Source: Mytilus californianus
Taxonomy: Eukaryota
Reading direction: 5' to 3'
NCBI RefSeq assembly: GCF_021869535.1
Contig: NW_026262701.1
Span: 10,354,001 to 10,418,000, forward strand
DNA length: 64,000 nucleotides
The notes beneath the pieces are model-generated. The model was not told the DNA's origin. It ran no database searches and saw nothing but the letters and a program-made list of their open reading frames with translations. Numbering within the stretch: position 1 is the first letter of the stretch; each line of letters opens with the position of its first letter. Both the position numbers and the translations under genes were made by a program. This document shows, piece by piece, positions 1-12,489 of this stretch.

Positions 1-235
1 TTAATGGGCATTTCTAATTTCTCGTTTTTTTTTTATATAGATTAGACCATTGGTTTTCCTGTTTGAATTGTTTTACACTAGTCATTTTGGGGCCCTTTAT
101 AGCTTGCTGTTCGGTGTGAGCCAAGGCTCCGTGTTGAAGAATGTACTTTGAACTATAATTGTTTACTTTTTACACATTGTGACTTGGTTCGAGAGTTGCC
201 TAATTGGAACTTATACCACATCTCCTTATTTCTAT
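1..235 (-). repeat. Interspersed repeat family 1 (ataagaagatgtggtatg... type), partial
   Basis: It is the reverse complement of the sequence at 42178-42400 and 49586-49810. Confidence 0.75.
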
Positions 236-776
236 TTAAATAATTCCTGAAAACAGTGGTTGTCTCATTTATTTCTTATACTGATGTTTCACTGTCGAAA
301 TATTATAAAGAATAACACGGATTTGACCAAATTCTGAAGGGTGTAATGACTTGAATTATTAAATGTTTGGAAGTTTCGACAACATTTTCTTACACTATGT
401 CTTTAAAGGTCAATTGCCGAAAATTTGGTTATCAACAATTTCCTGATCTAATCAGAACGGTATCAAATAACGCTTTAATTTTAATTAGATTGGGTTTTCA
501 ATGACCCCTTTAGTACTTGATTATCCTTCCATCTAACCAAAGAGCCACTAATGAATCTTTTTTTTAACGCAAAGCGCTTCTGGGGTAACTAGTTATAAGC
601 TTTGTATTTTAATGATGTTTTACAGAGATCAAAAGCCAGAAACTGTAAACATAGAAATGATCACCAATACAATATGTAAAAGATGTACATCAATACAAAT
701 ATTTCTAAAACCACCAGTTGACTCTTTCTAGAAATTATTGACCTCAAATAGTGATTTGTTTAATTAATTTTACAAT

Positions 777-1180
777 TAAAATTGAGAATGGAAATGGAGA
801 ATGTGTCAAAGAGACAACAACCAAACCAAGGAGTAAAAAAAAAAAACAGCCGATGGCCACCAATGTGTCTTCAACACACCGAGAAAATCCCGCACCCGGA
901 GGCGGACTTCAGCTGGCCCCTAAACAAAAATGTGTACTAGTTCATTGAAAATGGACGTCATACTAAACTCCAAAACATATAAATGAACTAAAATTAAAAA
1001 TAATACAAGACTTACAAAGGTCAGAGGCTCCTGGATTGGGACAGGCGCAAAAATGCGGTGGGGTTAGACATGTTTTGTGAGATCTCAACGCTCCCCTATA
1101 CCTCTAGCCAATGTAGATTAAACAAACACACAACAATACGCACAGTAAAACTCAGTTTAAAAGAGGTCCGAGTCCGAATT
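777..1180 (+). repeat. Interspersed repeat family 2 (aaaattgagaatggaaatgg... type) with a gagtcc-repeat tail
   Basis: It matches 11869, 14808 (minus), 58775 and 61995 (minus), and it is absent at the homologous site in copy C. Confidence 0.8.
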
Positions 1181-4100
1181 GTTTACATATCATCCTTCAT
1201 ATTATGATATATTGGATACAACAATAAACAGTAAAACATTTTATCTGTACAAGATTTACAAAAATGGAAATATATCTGAAACCATCAATTGACTCACACA
1301 AATTGGGATTTATGTTAAAGCCTCTTAGCTGCGAAATAGCAAAATTTATGACTTATACAAGATTTTAGAAAATGCTTATTAGACAAAAAAACTTTAATTG
1401 ACTCTATATTCGACGGTTTATTTCTAAATGACTATTCTTGACAAAAATCAACGTTCTCCCAATTCGTTAAAATTCGTTTCACTATTCATTTACTCTGAAA
1501 AATACTTCATTGATGGTGTTTTGTTTTGTCAATTATCTTGATAAGTATAATAGATAGACAAACGATGTGAACAGCAACAAGAACAAGTAGGCAAGAACTT
1601 TAAATAAATGCTATTCACAAAACTAGTGGATCAATCATAGTTTGCCCTGTCGCATCATCTAAGTTCACTCCAAGTTTTCGTGTATTGTGATTCAGGACGT
1701 ATTTATAAAATTTTATTTCATACATGTTTCTTAGTGTTACTTTTTTTTGGAAATTGAATTGAACACTTTATAAATTTGATTCGTCGGAGGCGATTTTTGT
1801 GGTAAACATTTATCAGGTATTTTTTTAAATTGTCGTATGTTTTCTTTGTATCATTTCAAAATCTCATTTTCGGTTGTTGATATTCTATATGTACCAATTG
1901 TTTATGACTGTGGTAATGTCCAATGGTTAAACAAATAACCAAATCCACCAAACTGCTATTGCAGGAAAGCTTTTTACCGACGTTGATGTATCAAATAGTT
2001 TGAGAACAACAATGGGTGCCACTCGCAACAAAATGAATGTTATCACTTTATAACTTTTTAGTTGTCAGTGTGGTGATTTACGGAATTTTATTTGCTCTTT
2101 CAAATATTTATCAGAAATTTAGCCAATCAGTTATATCTTGAATTTAACGATTGCAAAGCTTTATTTGTAAAATGCCTAGTTGGCTGAGTGGTTGAACGAA
2201 GTAATTGTTCAAATGATAATGCTGGAAACGCAAATATGATCATTTGAAATTTTGGAGCTTAATTAAAGACATTAAAGAAAGTATATGTCATTTGTAGTGT
2301 TAACCCTGTAAATCCCTTGGTTGGCAAATATAAGTTTCAATGACAATCATACCAAATCTTCTTATATGTATATATAAGATAAAAATATAGTGACTAAATG
2401 ATATGTATTCCTAACCCATAATGGCTAATGAAGAAGTCTGATCTGTAAGATATGTCATTTAGTAGAAATGCAACTATATGTCATGTTTTATGTTGTAACC
2501 CTGGATTAAACATACGAAGCATGGCATTATCCGACAAACAAATATATCTTTATATAGCCTAGCTGATCTAGTTGTTTAGTACGTTGTAAACCGTAAAAGT
2601 GGATGTCAAGATGTTATAAGAAGATCAGTTTATATCACGGAGAGCGAGTCCAAAAATTTGCTGTAAAAAAATTGCATATATCTAGAATTGTTAGACTGAA
2701 TTTCAGATGAAGTTCATATACTTGATGATGTAAACCTGTATGTCCCATGGTTATCCAATGGAGAATGCATGTCGTAGAGTTGTCACACAGACCTTCATAT
2801 ATACATGTTCAGCAACTATGACATATGGTTTAAATAAGTTGAAAATCTAATCTAACTCAATAAAAAATTCCCCAAATATTAGCCAAAACGAAATTATAAC
2901 GTAAAATGTTTTTTTTTTCTTACATTTTATGTTCTCCCATGTATTTGTATTGTGGTCCTGTCATGTGATGTTGTCGTTTTGGTGTTGTGTTTGACGTTGC
3001 CATAAAAGCGGGAGGTTTGGCATGCGACAAAACCAGATTTAACCCACCATATTTTTTTTTGCTTGATAGTTAGATTATTGCATGTAGTGCTAGCAATGAT
3101 TTCCTTATAACAAGTTTATGAATTAAGATATTGGTTAAAACAAATATACATATGGACCAATTCAAGTTCACGTTCTAGGGTGCGCTCGACTTTAATGACT
3201 CAGCACGAGTTTTGGGGGAATGTAAAGGTTGTTCGGAACTTTCTGTAAACTATAACCGCTAGCACATCATAGACAAGCAAGTGAGTAATCTATGTTTAAA
3301 ATTATTTAACAAAAATCTTTGTATCAGAGTTTGCGGATTTTCTGCAAAAATCTTGGCTTTATTTGCCACAAAAACTCCATTTTCCATTAAATGCAATAAA
3401 ACAGTAAATACTATTGCTTTGAACGAAGTTTCCCTGTGGTATATGTACACATTGGCACATCACTTTTACTCATTATCTTTGCTGTTTGGATATTATTGCA
3501 CTTTGACACTTTCGTAATACACTTTGCTACAGAAGGGGGCATAAACCTCAACAACTATATTTTACTTTACCTTCACAACACGTATTACTAGGTGTATGAG
3601 CTCTCATAAGTTCTTTTCGTGTGCTATGGATTTGCCGTCATTAACTGCTTGTAACTATCAATCCTAGATAAAGACTTACCTTCAACGATTCACGATCTAA
3701 CGAACTGTTCAACAAAACAACATCACTTAATATATATAAATTTATGAATATGAAAATACGAAAAAGTAAGATGATAAATCAAGGAAACCATATTGTCAAG
3801 CAAAAATGTCTATCTTTTAGTTAATAAAAAAGTTAAAAATAAGAAACATGTCATGATTTCAAGGTGGGATTTTATCAAGAATTCGTAGAAATTAGCATAT
3901 TTAACTTGTTTACGATACCAGTAATTGTCAATGTTTGCTTTTAACAATAAACTGATAATTGGGTTTTAAGCTTCGGCTTTAGGGAAGATATGCCAGAGAC
4001 AAATTAATAATAATATTAAAAACAAAATTAATAATAACAATCATAGTATTATACATAATAATAATAATTAAAATGATAATAGTTATGATTATAATACTTA

Positions 4101-4984
4101 CAATAGTAATCATTATGAAATAGCTAATCGGAGAATTCAAATAAAGAAAACATTTAAACGAGTGACCGAACACCACCTTCATCCACGAATACACGTAGTG
4201 CATGAGTTCATCGTCAGAGTTGTTCGATCACGAATACTGTTCTGTTATTTGTTCTTTTTATTACATTGACCGTGGGATTTTTCATGGAAATAAAGTAGAC
4301 AAACCAACGAACATTATCATTGTCAAAGCTTTTTCAATTCATTTCGATGCAGGTCATCGACAATATGTTGACAGCAGCCATAGTTGTATGACGTCAGAGG
4401 ATTTATTTGAAATCTGAAATTATCGCTTTTTGTTTAATTGTTAAATAACGGTATTTCATTGCGATCAATGTAATAATAATCAATAAATAAATAGATAAAC
4501 AAATAAGTGAAGCACAGCCAGGGACTGGTATGACTGAACTCTATACATAATGCCATGATGACTCCGGTTTTTAAATAGAGCTATTGAATGTTTCTATTTA
4601 ACATTTTTTACTCAATTGAATGAATCGATTTCCGAAACTTACTCATGACGCTTAATTGAACGCAGCTTGAGACTTGTTCTTCAATGCTGAATGCCTTTTT
4701 TTTTAAATCAAATTGAAATAGCTGCACAAATTCGGATATCAAGCAGCAATTTTCACATTGATACAAACCAATCTTTACTACTTTTTTATCGAGGTCAACA
4801 TAAACCTTTATTTCGCTAGTTGACATGTTTTTTTATGGCAAGTTTTAAAGTGAATGCAGATGATTATATAGTTTGTTGTGCGCTTCCGAAACTATACAAT
4901 TCTTGTTTTAATATTGATACTTACGTTGTACTCACCTTGACAGATCAAGTGCTTTATTGTATGTTTTACTAGCATAAGTAAAAC

Positions 4985-5830
4985 GACGGGTGCAACATGT
5001 GGAGCAGGATATGCGTACCCTTCCGGAGCACCTAAGATCACCCCCAGTTTTTGATGGGGTTCGTGTTTATCAGTCCTTAGTGTTCTATATTGTGTTTTGT
5101 GTACTGTTGTTTTTTTTCTTTAGCCAAATTGAAAACGAAGGAATGATTTCAATTCTCCAATTGGAATTCTTGTTTCAATAGCTTCCTTGTGAGAAAAGTT
5201 GGTTCTTATGGGAATGCCGATTGTTTGTTGAAAAACACGTCCTCAAAACGTAAAAAATATGTTGTCAATTAAAAAATAAAGCATCTTGATAATGTCAGTT
5301 TCAGAGAATTTTATGTTTGAAACAGAGTGATTTTTTTTTTACAAAATACGATTTATTCCTCCCTAAGACAAGAAACTTGTGACTACGTAAGACATTCTTT
5401 TTTAAGAAACAAAGCATGCCCAACTCTTTTAATTTGTCTTTTAGTTTGAAATGGGGAATACTTGTGTAAAGTGTAGAAAAGTCAAATATTCTAATATTAT
5501 TGCAAGATGAAAGAGATTTAGATTGTATGTACTCTAAAAGATCTTTGAATTTGTTTAGTGTCCACATCTGACTCACGCCACCTCTAGAATTGGTAGTTTC
5601 ACAATAACTTTGAAGCCCGGCTTTTATTGCTGATAAAAAAGATGATAATAATTTAGAAAGGAGTATCGTGGAGCACTTTGAAGAACCACAATATAGCGTT
5701 GTTTGTAAGGACACTTATGTAGTTCAGGTATCCAATACAGTGAAGTAGATCCAGTTCTTCATATTTGGTTGAAATCTGCCTTTTCGTCGATTTGCCTTTT
5801 TAGCAAAATGTTTGCCTTTTGTATTCGATG
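4985..5830 (-). mobile_element. Penelope-like retroelement RT fragment (shared by descent with 27725-28830)
   Basis: The minus-strand frame reads GGVSQMWTLNKFKDLLEYIQSKSLSSCNNIRIFDFSTLYTSIPHFKLK, which contains the RT DFSTLYT motif. The terminal segment acgacgggtgcaacatgtggagcagg...ccttccggagcacct is also present. Confidence 0.8.
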
Positions 5831-6059
5831 TGTGGTTATAAAAGCAAGTATAGACACATATACTGAATTCCAAGGGTTACCCTTGTGTCTTATACCTCTT
5901 TCCCATTCTTAAATCGATTACATTTAAATGTAGAAAATGGTTAAAGAGCCTAAAGAAGATATCTAATAAAAAGAATAACTTTCACGCGTTTTATTTCAAG
6001 TTAAAACATTGTTGTGATGTCATTCTATTGTTGTACCCGTTCTTTATTTTACTGATTGG

Positions 6060-6191
6060 ACTATCATTTACCTGTAAGAAACCATTATGTTACCTTTAAC
6101 TGTCCAATATTTTTAAGAATAACCCTCCACTTTCTTAAAAATATTGGACAGCTGAAGGTAGCATAATTGATTCTTACAGGTAAATGATAGT
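6060..6191. repeat. Foldback palindrome, 60-bp arms with a 12-nt spacer
   Basis: actatcatttacctgtaagaa...tgtccaatatttttaagaa / ttcttaaaaatattggacag...ttcttacaggtaaatgatagt. Confidence 0.85.
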
Positions 6192-8344
6192 TAAAGAACT
6201 GAAAAAAATCAAATAATTCCCACATTTCTTTTTTCATGTGAAGAAGAAAGGACAATTTCACAAAAACATTTAATGAAAGTCAACTTCCAATACAATAATT
6301 GTTTCACTCATCAAGACGGTTTTTTTTTCAAATTGATTTTAATACTTATTTCACAGCCATTTTCTCATGTTTTAGGTTGTCTCCTTTAGCACAAATTTGG
6401 TTAATAATGCTCGTTGTAAGTTTTGGTTTCTTTTTCCTCGTCCGTCTCTTAATATACAAATCGACCTCTGGTGTTACTCTCATTCTTTCTAACATCATTT
6501 TCAGCTGCAATTAAAATGAAAAAAAATTAAATAAGGCTTCTAACGCTTGATAGATCATGCCACAATACAAGGACCACAAGTAAAATAATTGTATTATCAT
6601 AATCAAGAGAAAATCGTTCATCTGAATTAGATATTTTACCAAGTGTTGATGTGCAAGCCACATATTGTTCCTTGGACAAAACAGCTAATCGAGAATTTGA
6701 TTAACAACCTAAACCTCACTCTGTGTACAAAGTGCAAATCGAGAACTTGCTTCATGAACTAGGGGACTACAATAGTTTTTTTTTAATTTTCAGGTGTTTA
6801 TTTGCAAGATTTTTTTTTTAATCTGATATTATTGCCTGTGTAGGAATATAAGGCAAAACTTCGCTTATCAACGACGATGAATATGGGAAGCAGAATAAAG
6901 GAACATGTTTCCGCAGGTTATCTGTTAAACAAATCAATCAAGCGTCCGATTCGCAATTGGTTCGTATTGATCGTTTTTTTAAACCGATGTACTCTCTTGA
7001 AATTAAACAAACGTAGGTGCTAGATTTAATCATATTTTTGTTAAATAAGTTTAAAGCAGTTTGCGATTGTGTTATATAAATTTTAACGTAAAACCCTTTC
7101 CTGCATTGAATTGATTGAAAAAGGGGGATTAATAAAAGTATTTGTACTATATATAACATCAAAATACGAATTACATTTGTTTCTTTCCAATGTACTATCG
7201 AAACAGTTTCAGACACTTCACTTTAGTTTAGATCTGAGAACAAAATATAATTGAATGCAATAATTATACATTAAGCATGTTAAGCACAGAAACAAATATG
7301 TGTACACCTACAATGCTTTGTTTTGAAAGAAAAAAAGAAAGTGTTATTTGCAAAGGAAAATCGAGAGCCAAAATTATGTTTCGGTAACATGAAATAAAAC
7401 CAAAAGAGATATCAATACGCAAATAAACGAAAAAGACCGACACGACCTTGCAGAAAAAAACAGAAAAAAGGGGGATATTCAGGTGGTACCGTTCGGGTAA
7501 ACAATAAGCGTCTCTAGCAAGACAACCGCCGAGTCGAGATAAATTGTAATGAACGGGGAAGGAAAGAGGGAGCATGGGTCATACTGTCATAAGGGAAAAT
7601 TGTGAATATATATATTTTTTCATGTATAGTAGGTGAACAGGTCTGGTCGATTAATTGATCTCCTAGGGGATGATTTTCAAAAAAGGGTTCCAACCATATG
7701 TCCCCATTCAAAAGCATTGGTCGTCAAAAAAAGGGGGGTTCCAATATATATATAAAACTTGCTATTACTAGCTGCTAGTACTATATCCTCTTCGTTGCAC
7801 TATATATCTGAATACACATTTGATTTTATCCAAAGTTTGAAAAAACACAATCACAAATTACGACATCACTTTCTCCGATTTTTGCATATCGTCTTTATCC
7901 TTTTTGAGACACCAAACGCATGTGAAGATATTCACAGAGAATATATAAAGTAGTCCTAGCGCACGCAAAAAGCATGATACACATACACTGTGTTTTCAAG
8001 TACATGTAACAATACATGTTGTTTACCCTCAACTGTTCCTTGTTTTTTCTATTGTTTAATTTGAGCTACTGTTTACAGGGGCCAACATGTAGGATAATGT
8101 AAATAAAGTTTATCCACAAAACAATTTACACACTTGAAAATAAATCTTAACAAATGTTTGTATTTGTTAGCTTTTTTCACCTTTTTTGTCATGTTAAACA
8201 ATGTTTTAAGTAAGATATAAGCATCTAACAGTCCATTCTGTAAACTATTGGACATAATGGACTGTTATCGGCGTATATCCTTTACTTTAAACTTTGTTGT
8301 GACGTCATTCTATTGTTGTAGCCGTTTTTTATTTCAGTGATTGA

Positions 8345-8473
8345 ACTAACATTTACATGTAAGAAACCATTATAATACCTTTCACTGTTCAATATTAAGA
8401 ATAGCTGTTCTCTTTCTTAAACATATTGGACAGCTGAAGGTAGCATAATTGATTCTTGCAGGTACAGGATAGT
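8345..8473. repeat. Second, more degenerate copy of the 6060 palindrome with a shared upstream flank
   Basis: Bases ~8280-8475 align to ~5990-6195. Confidence 0.8.
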
Positions 8474-9619
8474 TCAAGGACTTCTTCAACAGCACCCAGA
8501 CCTTAACATTACAAAGCCAGGGATATATAAATACGTAGAAATGTTTTAGAATTAGGACAAAAAGAACCCAAAAAATATCTCCAAATACGTCTTAGTTCAA
8601 TTTGCTAAGTGAGTTGGAACCCCAGTTACTTAATAGTTTCTTCTATTAACGGGATTTTTTTTTAAAAGTCAACATAAATCATGTCATTACCGAATCACCT
8701 TGACTACTTGGCATTTGATACCCCCGTCCACTAACAGTCAACTAGCATTGCTATGGATTCAGTGCGAGCAAATTAAAATACAGTAAAAGTTCCTTTATTC
8801 GTAGGAAATCAATCTTCGTGGTTTTTGTGGATGGTTTTATTCACGACTTAAATTGTACAACCATATTTAACAACTGTTGTTCAAATCAAGACTTGGATAA
8901 TCCCATGTATGTTTGACTAAATGGATTCGGACATATAATGTATTATCAGCAACCGCACTATGAACTATATATAAAACTTCAGACAAGATTTTACTTATTT
9001 AAACTTTAAAAACTTAAACTGTACGACTTCTAACCTTTTAATTCTCATGAAAAGTTAGATATGATCGAAGAAAGTCAGACTTCCGGTGATGATGAGCGAT
9101 AATGAGGTGTTCATTTTATCTCTTCACAATTTTTACAAAAAAACAAAAAATATATTTTCATATTGGGCTTGCTGTTTCATTTCCTAAGAGCTAATTCTAC
9201 TATTTCGATTAGATTGTAGCATTTTTTTTTTGTAACCGTTACCTTTGAGTTACAAGCTTATCGCCCAATTAACACCTTTGATGATCTTTAATATGTTGAT
9301 AATTTCATATCGGGTTTAGTTTTTTTTTAGTTTATAATGATTTCATTTGCACAAAGAGACAAATAGGATCGGAACAAGTTTAACCAACTTATGAAGTCTT
9401 CTCCTTTACATAATATAACAATTACAGTTATCTCGGATTAATAAGTGTCATCACTTCTGATTACACGTGTGCAACAATTAAATTTTTCTTAATTTTCTTA
9501 GTTGCAATTTAGTTCAATCGAGACAGTTTGTCAGAATAGATGAATCAGCTTATTTCCGAAAGCAACCATTTTATTAAAATTTAATGAATGTTGTCAGAAA
9601 TGAAAGACGAACAAGAAGT

Positions 9620-9780
9620 GAAAAGTAAAATAACAAAAATACCTAACTCCACGGAAAATTAAAAACGGAAAGTCTCTTATCAATTGGCAAAATTAAAAGC
9701 TCAAACATATCAAACGAATGGAAAACAAGTAATCCTGACTTTGTAATGGCATTTCCTTATGTAGAAAATGGTGGATACCA
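9620..9780 (+). repeat. Interspersed repeat family 3 (aaaagtaaaataacaaaaatacc... type); further copies at ~10800-10975 and ~20265-20415
   Basis: Three mutually similar copies are present in the window. Confidence 0.75.
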
Positions 9781-11868
9781 TTTTGCAATCAAATCATTAT
9801 AAAACCACATATGATTATTTTCAAGAATCTTCGTTTTTGATGACATAAAACATCCTTTGAATTTTTTTCTTCAGAAATTTAAAATACACGAATTTAAAAA
9901 TTACAAACATGTAACTTTTGGTCAAACCACGAAAGATTGACACTCATGAATAAAAGTACTTTCACAGTAACACTTAATAAGTTTCGTGCATCCGAGGCGC
10001 TTTTCTAAATTTACAGTTACAAGGAACGCTTAAACTTTATCGTCGCAATCTGATCCACCAAAAGAAGTTAAAAAGCATAAAATGGTCACAATGAATACAC
10101 TGTTTTTAAGGCTTCCGCTTATAGTATTTTGTTTACCTCCTGCTTGTTTTTTCGTCGTTTTTCGTGTTGTTCAATATATGGTCTTTTATTTTTTTACTTA
10201 TTGTTACTGGTTGTTCCATTTATATTTTCTGTCTCTTTTAAACCATAATTGACTACCCAAAATAAAGAGTCGTAAGTTGATAAATTACATTGAAACTAAT
10301 AATGAAAACTGTTGGCAAACTAGAAAATCATAATAATTTGAAAGACGAAATGGTACAAGAGTTAAAAATTTGAACGTAGTTGAAATAATTTGCAGATAGT
10401 ATTTAAAAACTTATATGAAACCTGTCCTAATTTTAAATTGAAGGCAATTAGTACACTTTTTTTCTAAAGATATAAATATGATTTAACATCCATTGTTGTT
10501 GTTGTTTGTGGTTTGGACGTTAAACAGCAATTAATCACGTTATCATTTTTGTTTCACTGGTTTTACAGTTAAGCAGTAATTAATCAATCACTCTTTTTGT
10601 TGCTCGAATTTACAAAAAAAAAAAGAAATTAACAACAATAAATCAAAACAGACAAATAATTATATTTCCTAACATAGAATTTCATGGTGATAGATATTAC
10701 ATTTTCATTTGTTTTTTCATTGTTTACTACATGTACTTGTCAAAGGAGGCGGGGCCCAGACAGTGCAATATCCGTGATAGCAACTTCTAAGATTGGAGAT
10801 AAAAGTAAAATAACTAAAATACCGAACTCCACGAAAAATTTAAAACTGAGAGTCCCTAATCAAATGGCAAAATCGAAAGCTCAAACAGATCAAACGAATG
10901 GATAACAACTGTCATATTCCGGACTTGGAACAGGCATTTTCCGATATAAAAAATGGTGGAATAAACCTGGTTTAACCTGATAATGCACTGGTGTACGTTC
11001 CTTTCATTTGATACAGTGACAAATGGTCACCGCCATGATTGAATATAGTGCAATATCAAAACAATCATACATTCAATGCACTCCTAAAAACAAAAACAAA
11101 AGTTATCTCACTCGAAGATTTAAAGAAACATTCCCATTGATATTAATATAAAATTCAACATTTCCAATTAATAAGACAAACTCCAAAATGAATTCAAAAG
11201 AAATACAGCGAATTCGTTTTGTGTTTTTTGTGGAATGTCATCAAATGTTCGTGAACGTGACCAACGTATGATAGACGGTTGAAAAACTTTCCCTTGTACT
11301 AACTATCGTCTATCATTGAAAATCTTGTATAGTCCAGTAAATGTCTCTTTTCGTTTTTCTTGTTTTACAATTCCCGCTATTGATTTGTTAAAGGAGAGGC
11401 GTAAGATACCAGAGGGACATTCAAACTCATAAGTCGAAAATAAACTGACAACGCCATGGCTAAAAAAGGAAAACAATGTACATTGTTTTTTTTTTTGCAT
11501 TCTTTGATGTAATAAGGAATTAACTTACATAATTTAGTATTCACACTTTTATTTATGAAATATAAATAGTCACATTTCTTTGCGGTCACATGTTTTTCAT
11601 ATTTAGCTAATGTCTGTGTTATACAATATTTGCAAACTGGGTTTTAAAGTGTTTTGTTGCGGAATATTTTATTTTATAAAAAGATGAATACTTTCAATAT
11701 TTTTTTTAATGATTTGACCAGGAATGAAAAGAATTTCAAATTCTTAGCAATCAAACGACTATGAATTAACTATTAAATTCGGAGGAAAGGGGATAGGTGC
11801 TTTTAATTTAGACACACATACCACTGAAATATAGTATATCAATATGTTTTGTTTTATAATTATGAGCA

Positions 11869-12066
11869 ATAAAATTGAAAATGGAAATGGGGAATGTGTC
11901 AAAGAGACAACAACCCGACCATAGAGCAGACAACATCCGAAGGCCACCAATGGGTCTTCAAAGCAGTGAGAAACTCCCGCACCCGGAGGCGTCCTTCAGC
12001 TGGCCACTAAACAAAAAAGTATACTAGTTCAGTGATAATGGACATCATACTAAACTCCAAATTATA
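11869..12066 (+). repeat. Interspersed repeat family 2, truncated
   Basis: It matches 777-980 and is absent in copy C. Confidence 0.8.
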
Positions 12067-12489
12067 CACTCTTTTGTGACGAGTTCAGTTTGAACAAGGG
12101 CATATACTTTATCAATAGCATTGTTCGTGTTAAAAATGTACATTGACAATTCATTAAAGCATATATGAATGGTACGTACGGTGGATACATTTCCGTCCGT
12201 TATCCGTTGTAATATATCTTCGGGTAAGTAACTCCTACCTCTTTTCCATCTGGAACACTTATTTATACTAGTATTCTATTGACTCAAATAACCCCATAGC
12301 AGAAATTTAAGTACGATTTATATATTTTTTTCGAACAAAATCCGTATTATTTTATGGCAGCCTCATTATAACAACACTCTGAAGAAGAACCATAAAAAAT
12401 CTCAACCAAATACTTCGGTCCATCAACTGCTTTCTTCACTAAAACGTTTAAATGATGTAACACAGTCAGTACTCAACTAAGGTACTATT

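Larger units (their letters stand above)
240..5830 (-). pseudogene. Segmental copy A of the Kazal-like peptide locus, lacking all coding exons
   Basis: Bases ~240-2900 align by eye to B ~14330-18780 and C (~53.9-54.8 kb plus ~59.9-61.5 kb), and ~3555-5830 align to B ~26350-28850. The 7.5 kb of B that carries the three coding exons is replaced by ~0.65 kb of unrelated sequence. Confidence 0.65.

Noticed and set aside
751-948. ORFs containing KIENGNGECVKETT (also 14941, 11759, 62076)
   Set aside because: They are translations of interspersed repeat family 2, not genes.
1964-2055. Plus-strand gcag|GAAAGC... segment conserved in three copies (GKLFTDVDVSNSLR...)
   Set aside because: The frame ends in a stop within ~30 codons in every copy, there is no linking exon, and the similarity is no higher than in the duplicated flanks. 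A 44-nt minus-strand exon reading also lacks a shared frame and loses its donor in copy C.
3979-4417. Hydrophobic ORFs resembling membrane-protein segments (also 26762-26959)
   Set aside because: The Ile runs come from an AAT/ATT-rich tract, and the two copies differ by a 5-nt indel and stops.
4608-4826. 72-aa ORF MSTSEIKVYVDL...CENCCLIS
   Set aside because: The homologous sequence in copy B has several in-frame stops, and no recognisable domain is present.
6340-6925. Protein-like frames on both strands (LKMMLERMRVTPEV...KRRTRKKKPK; SRENRSSELDILPSV...)
   Set aside because: These are short, interrupted frames with no recognisable motif and no consistent exon chain. They may be decayed TE sequence, which BLASTx would be needed to show.
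6938-7216. ORF with a hydrophobic stretch and KKR suggestive of a prepropeptide
   Set aside because: There is no supporting splice or promoter context, no homolog in the window, and such ORFs arise easily in AT-rich DNA.
12088-12223. Strong plus-strand donor cttcgg|gtaagtaa conserved at ~52657
   Set aside because: No open frame is shared by both copies, and conservation is explained by the duplication. A non-coding exon cannot be excluded.
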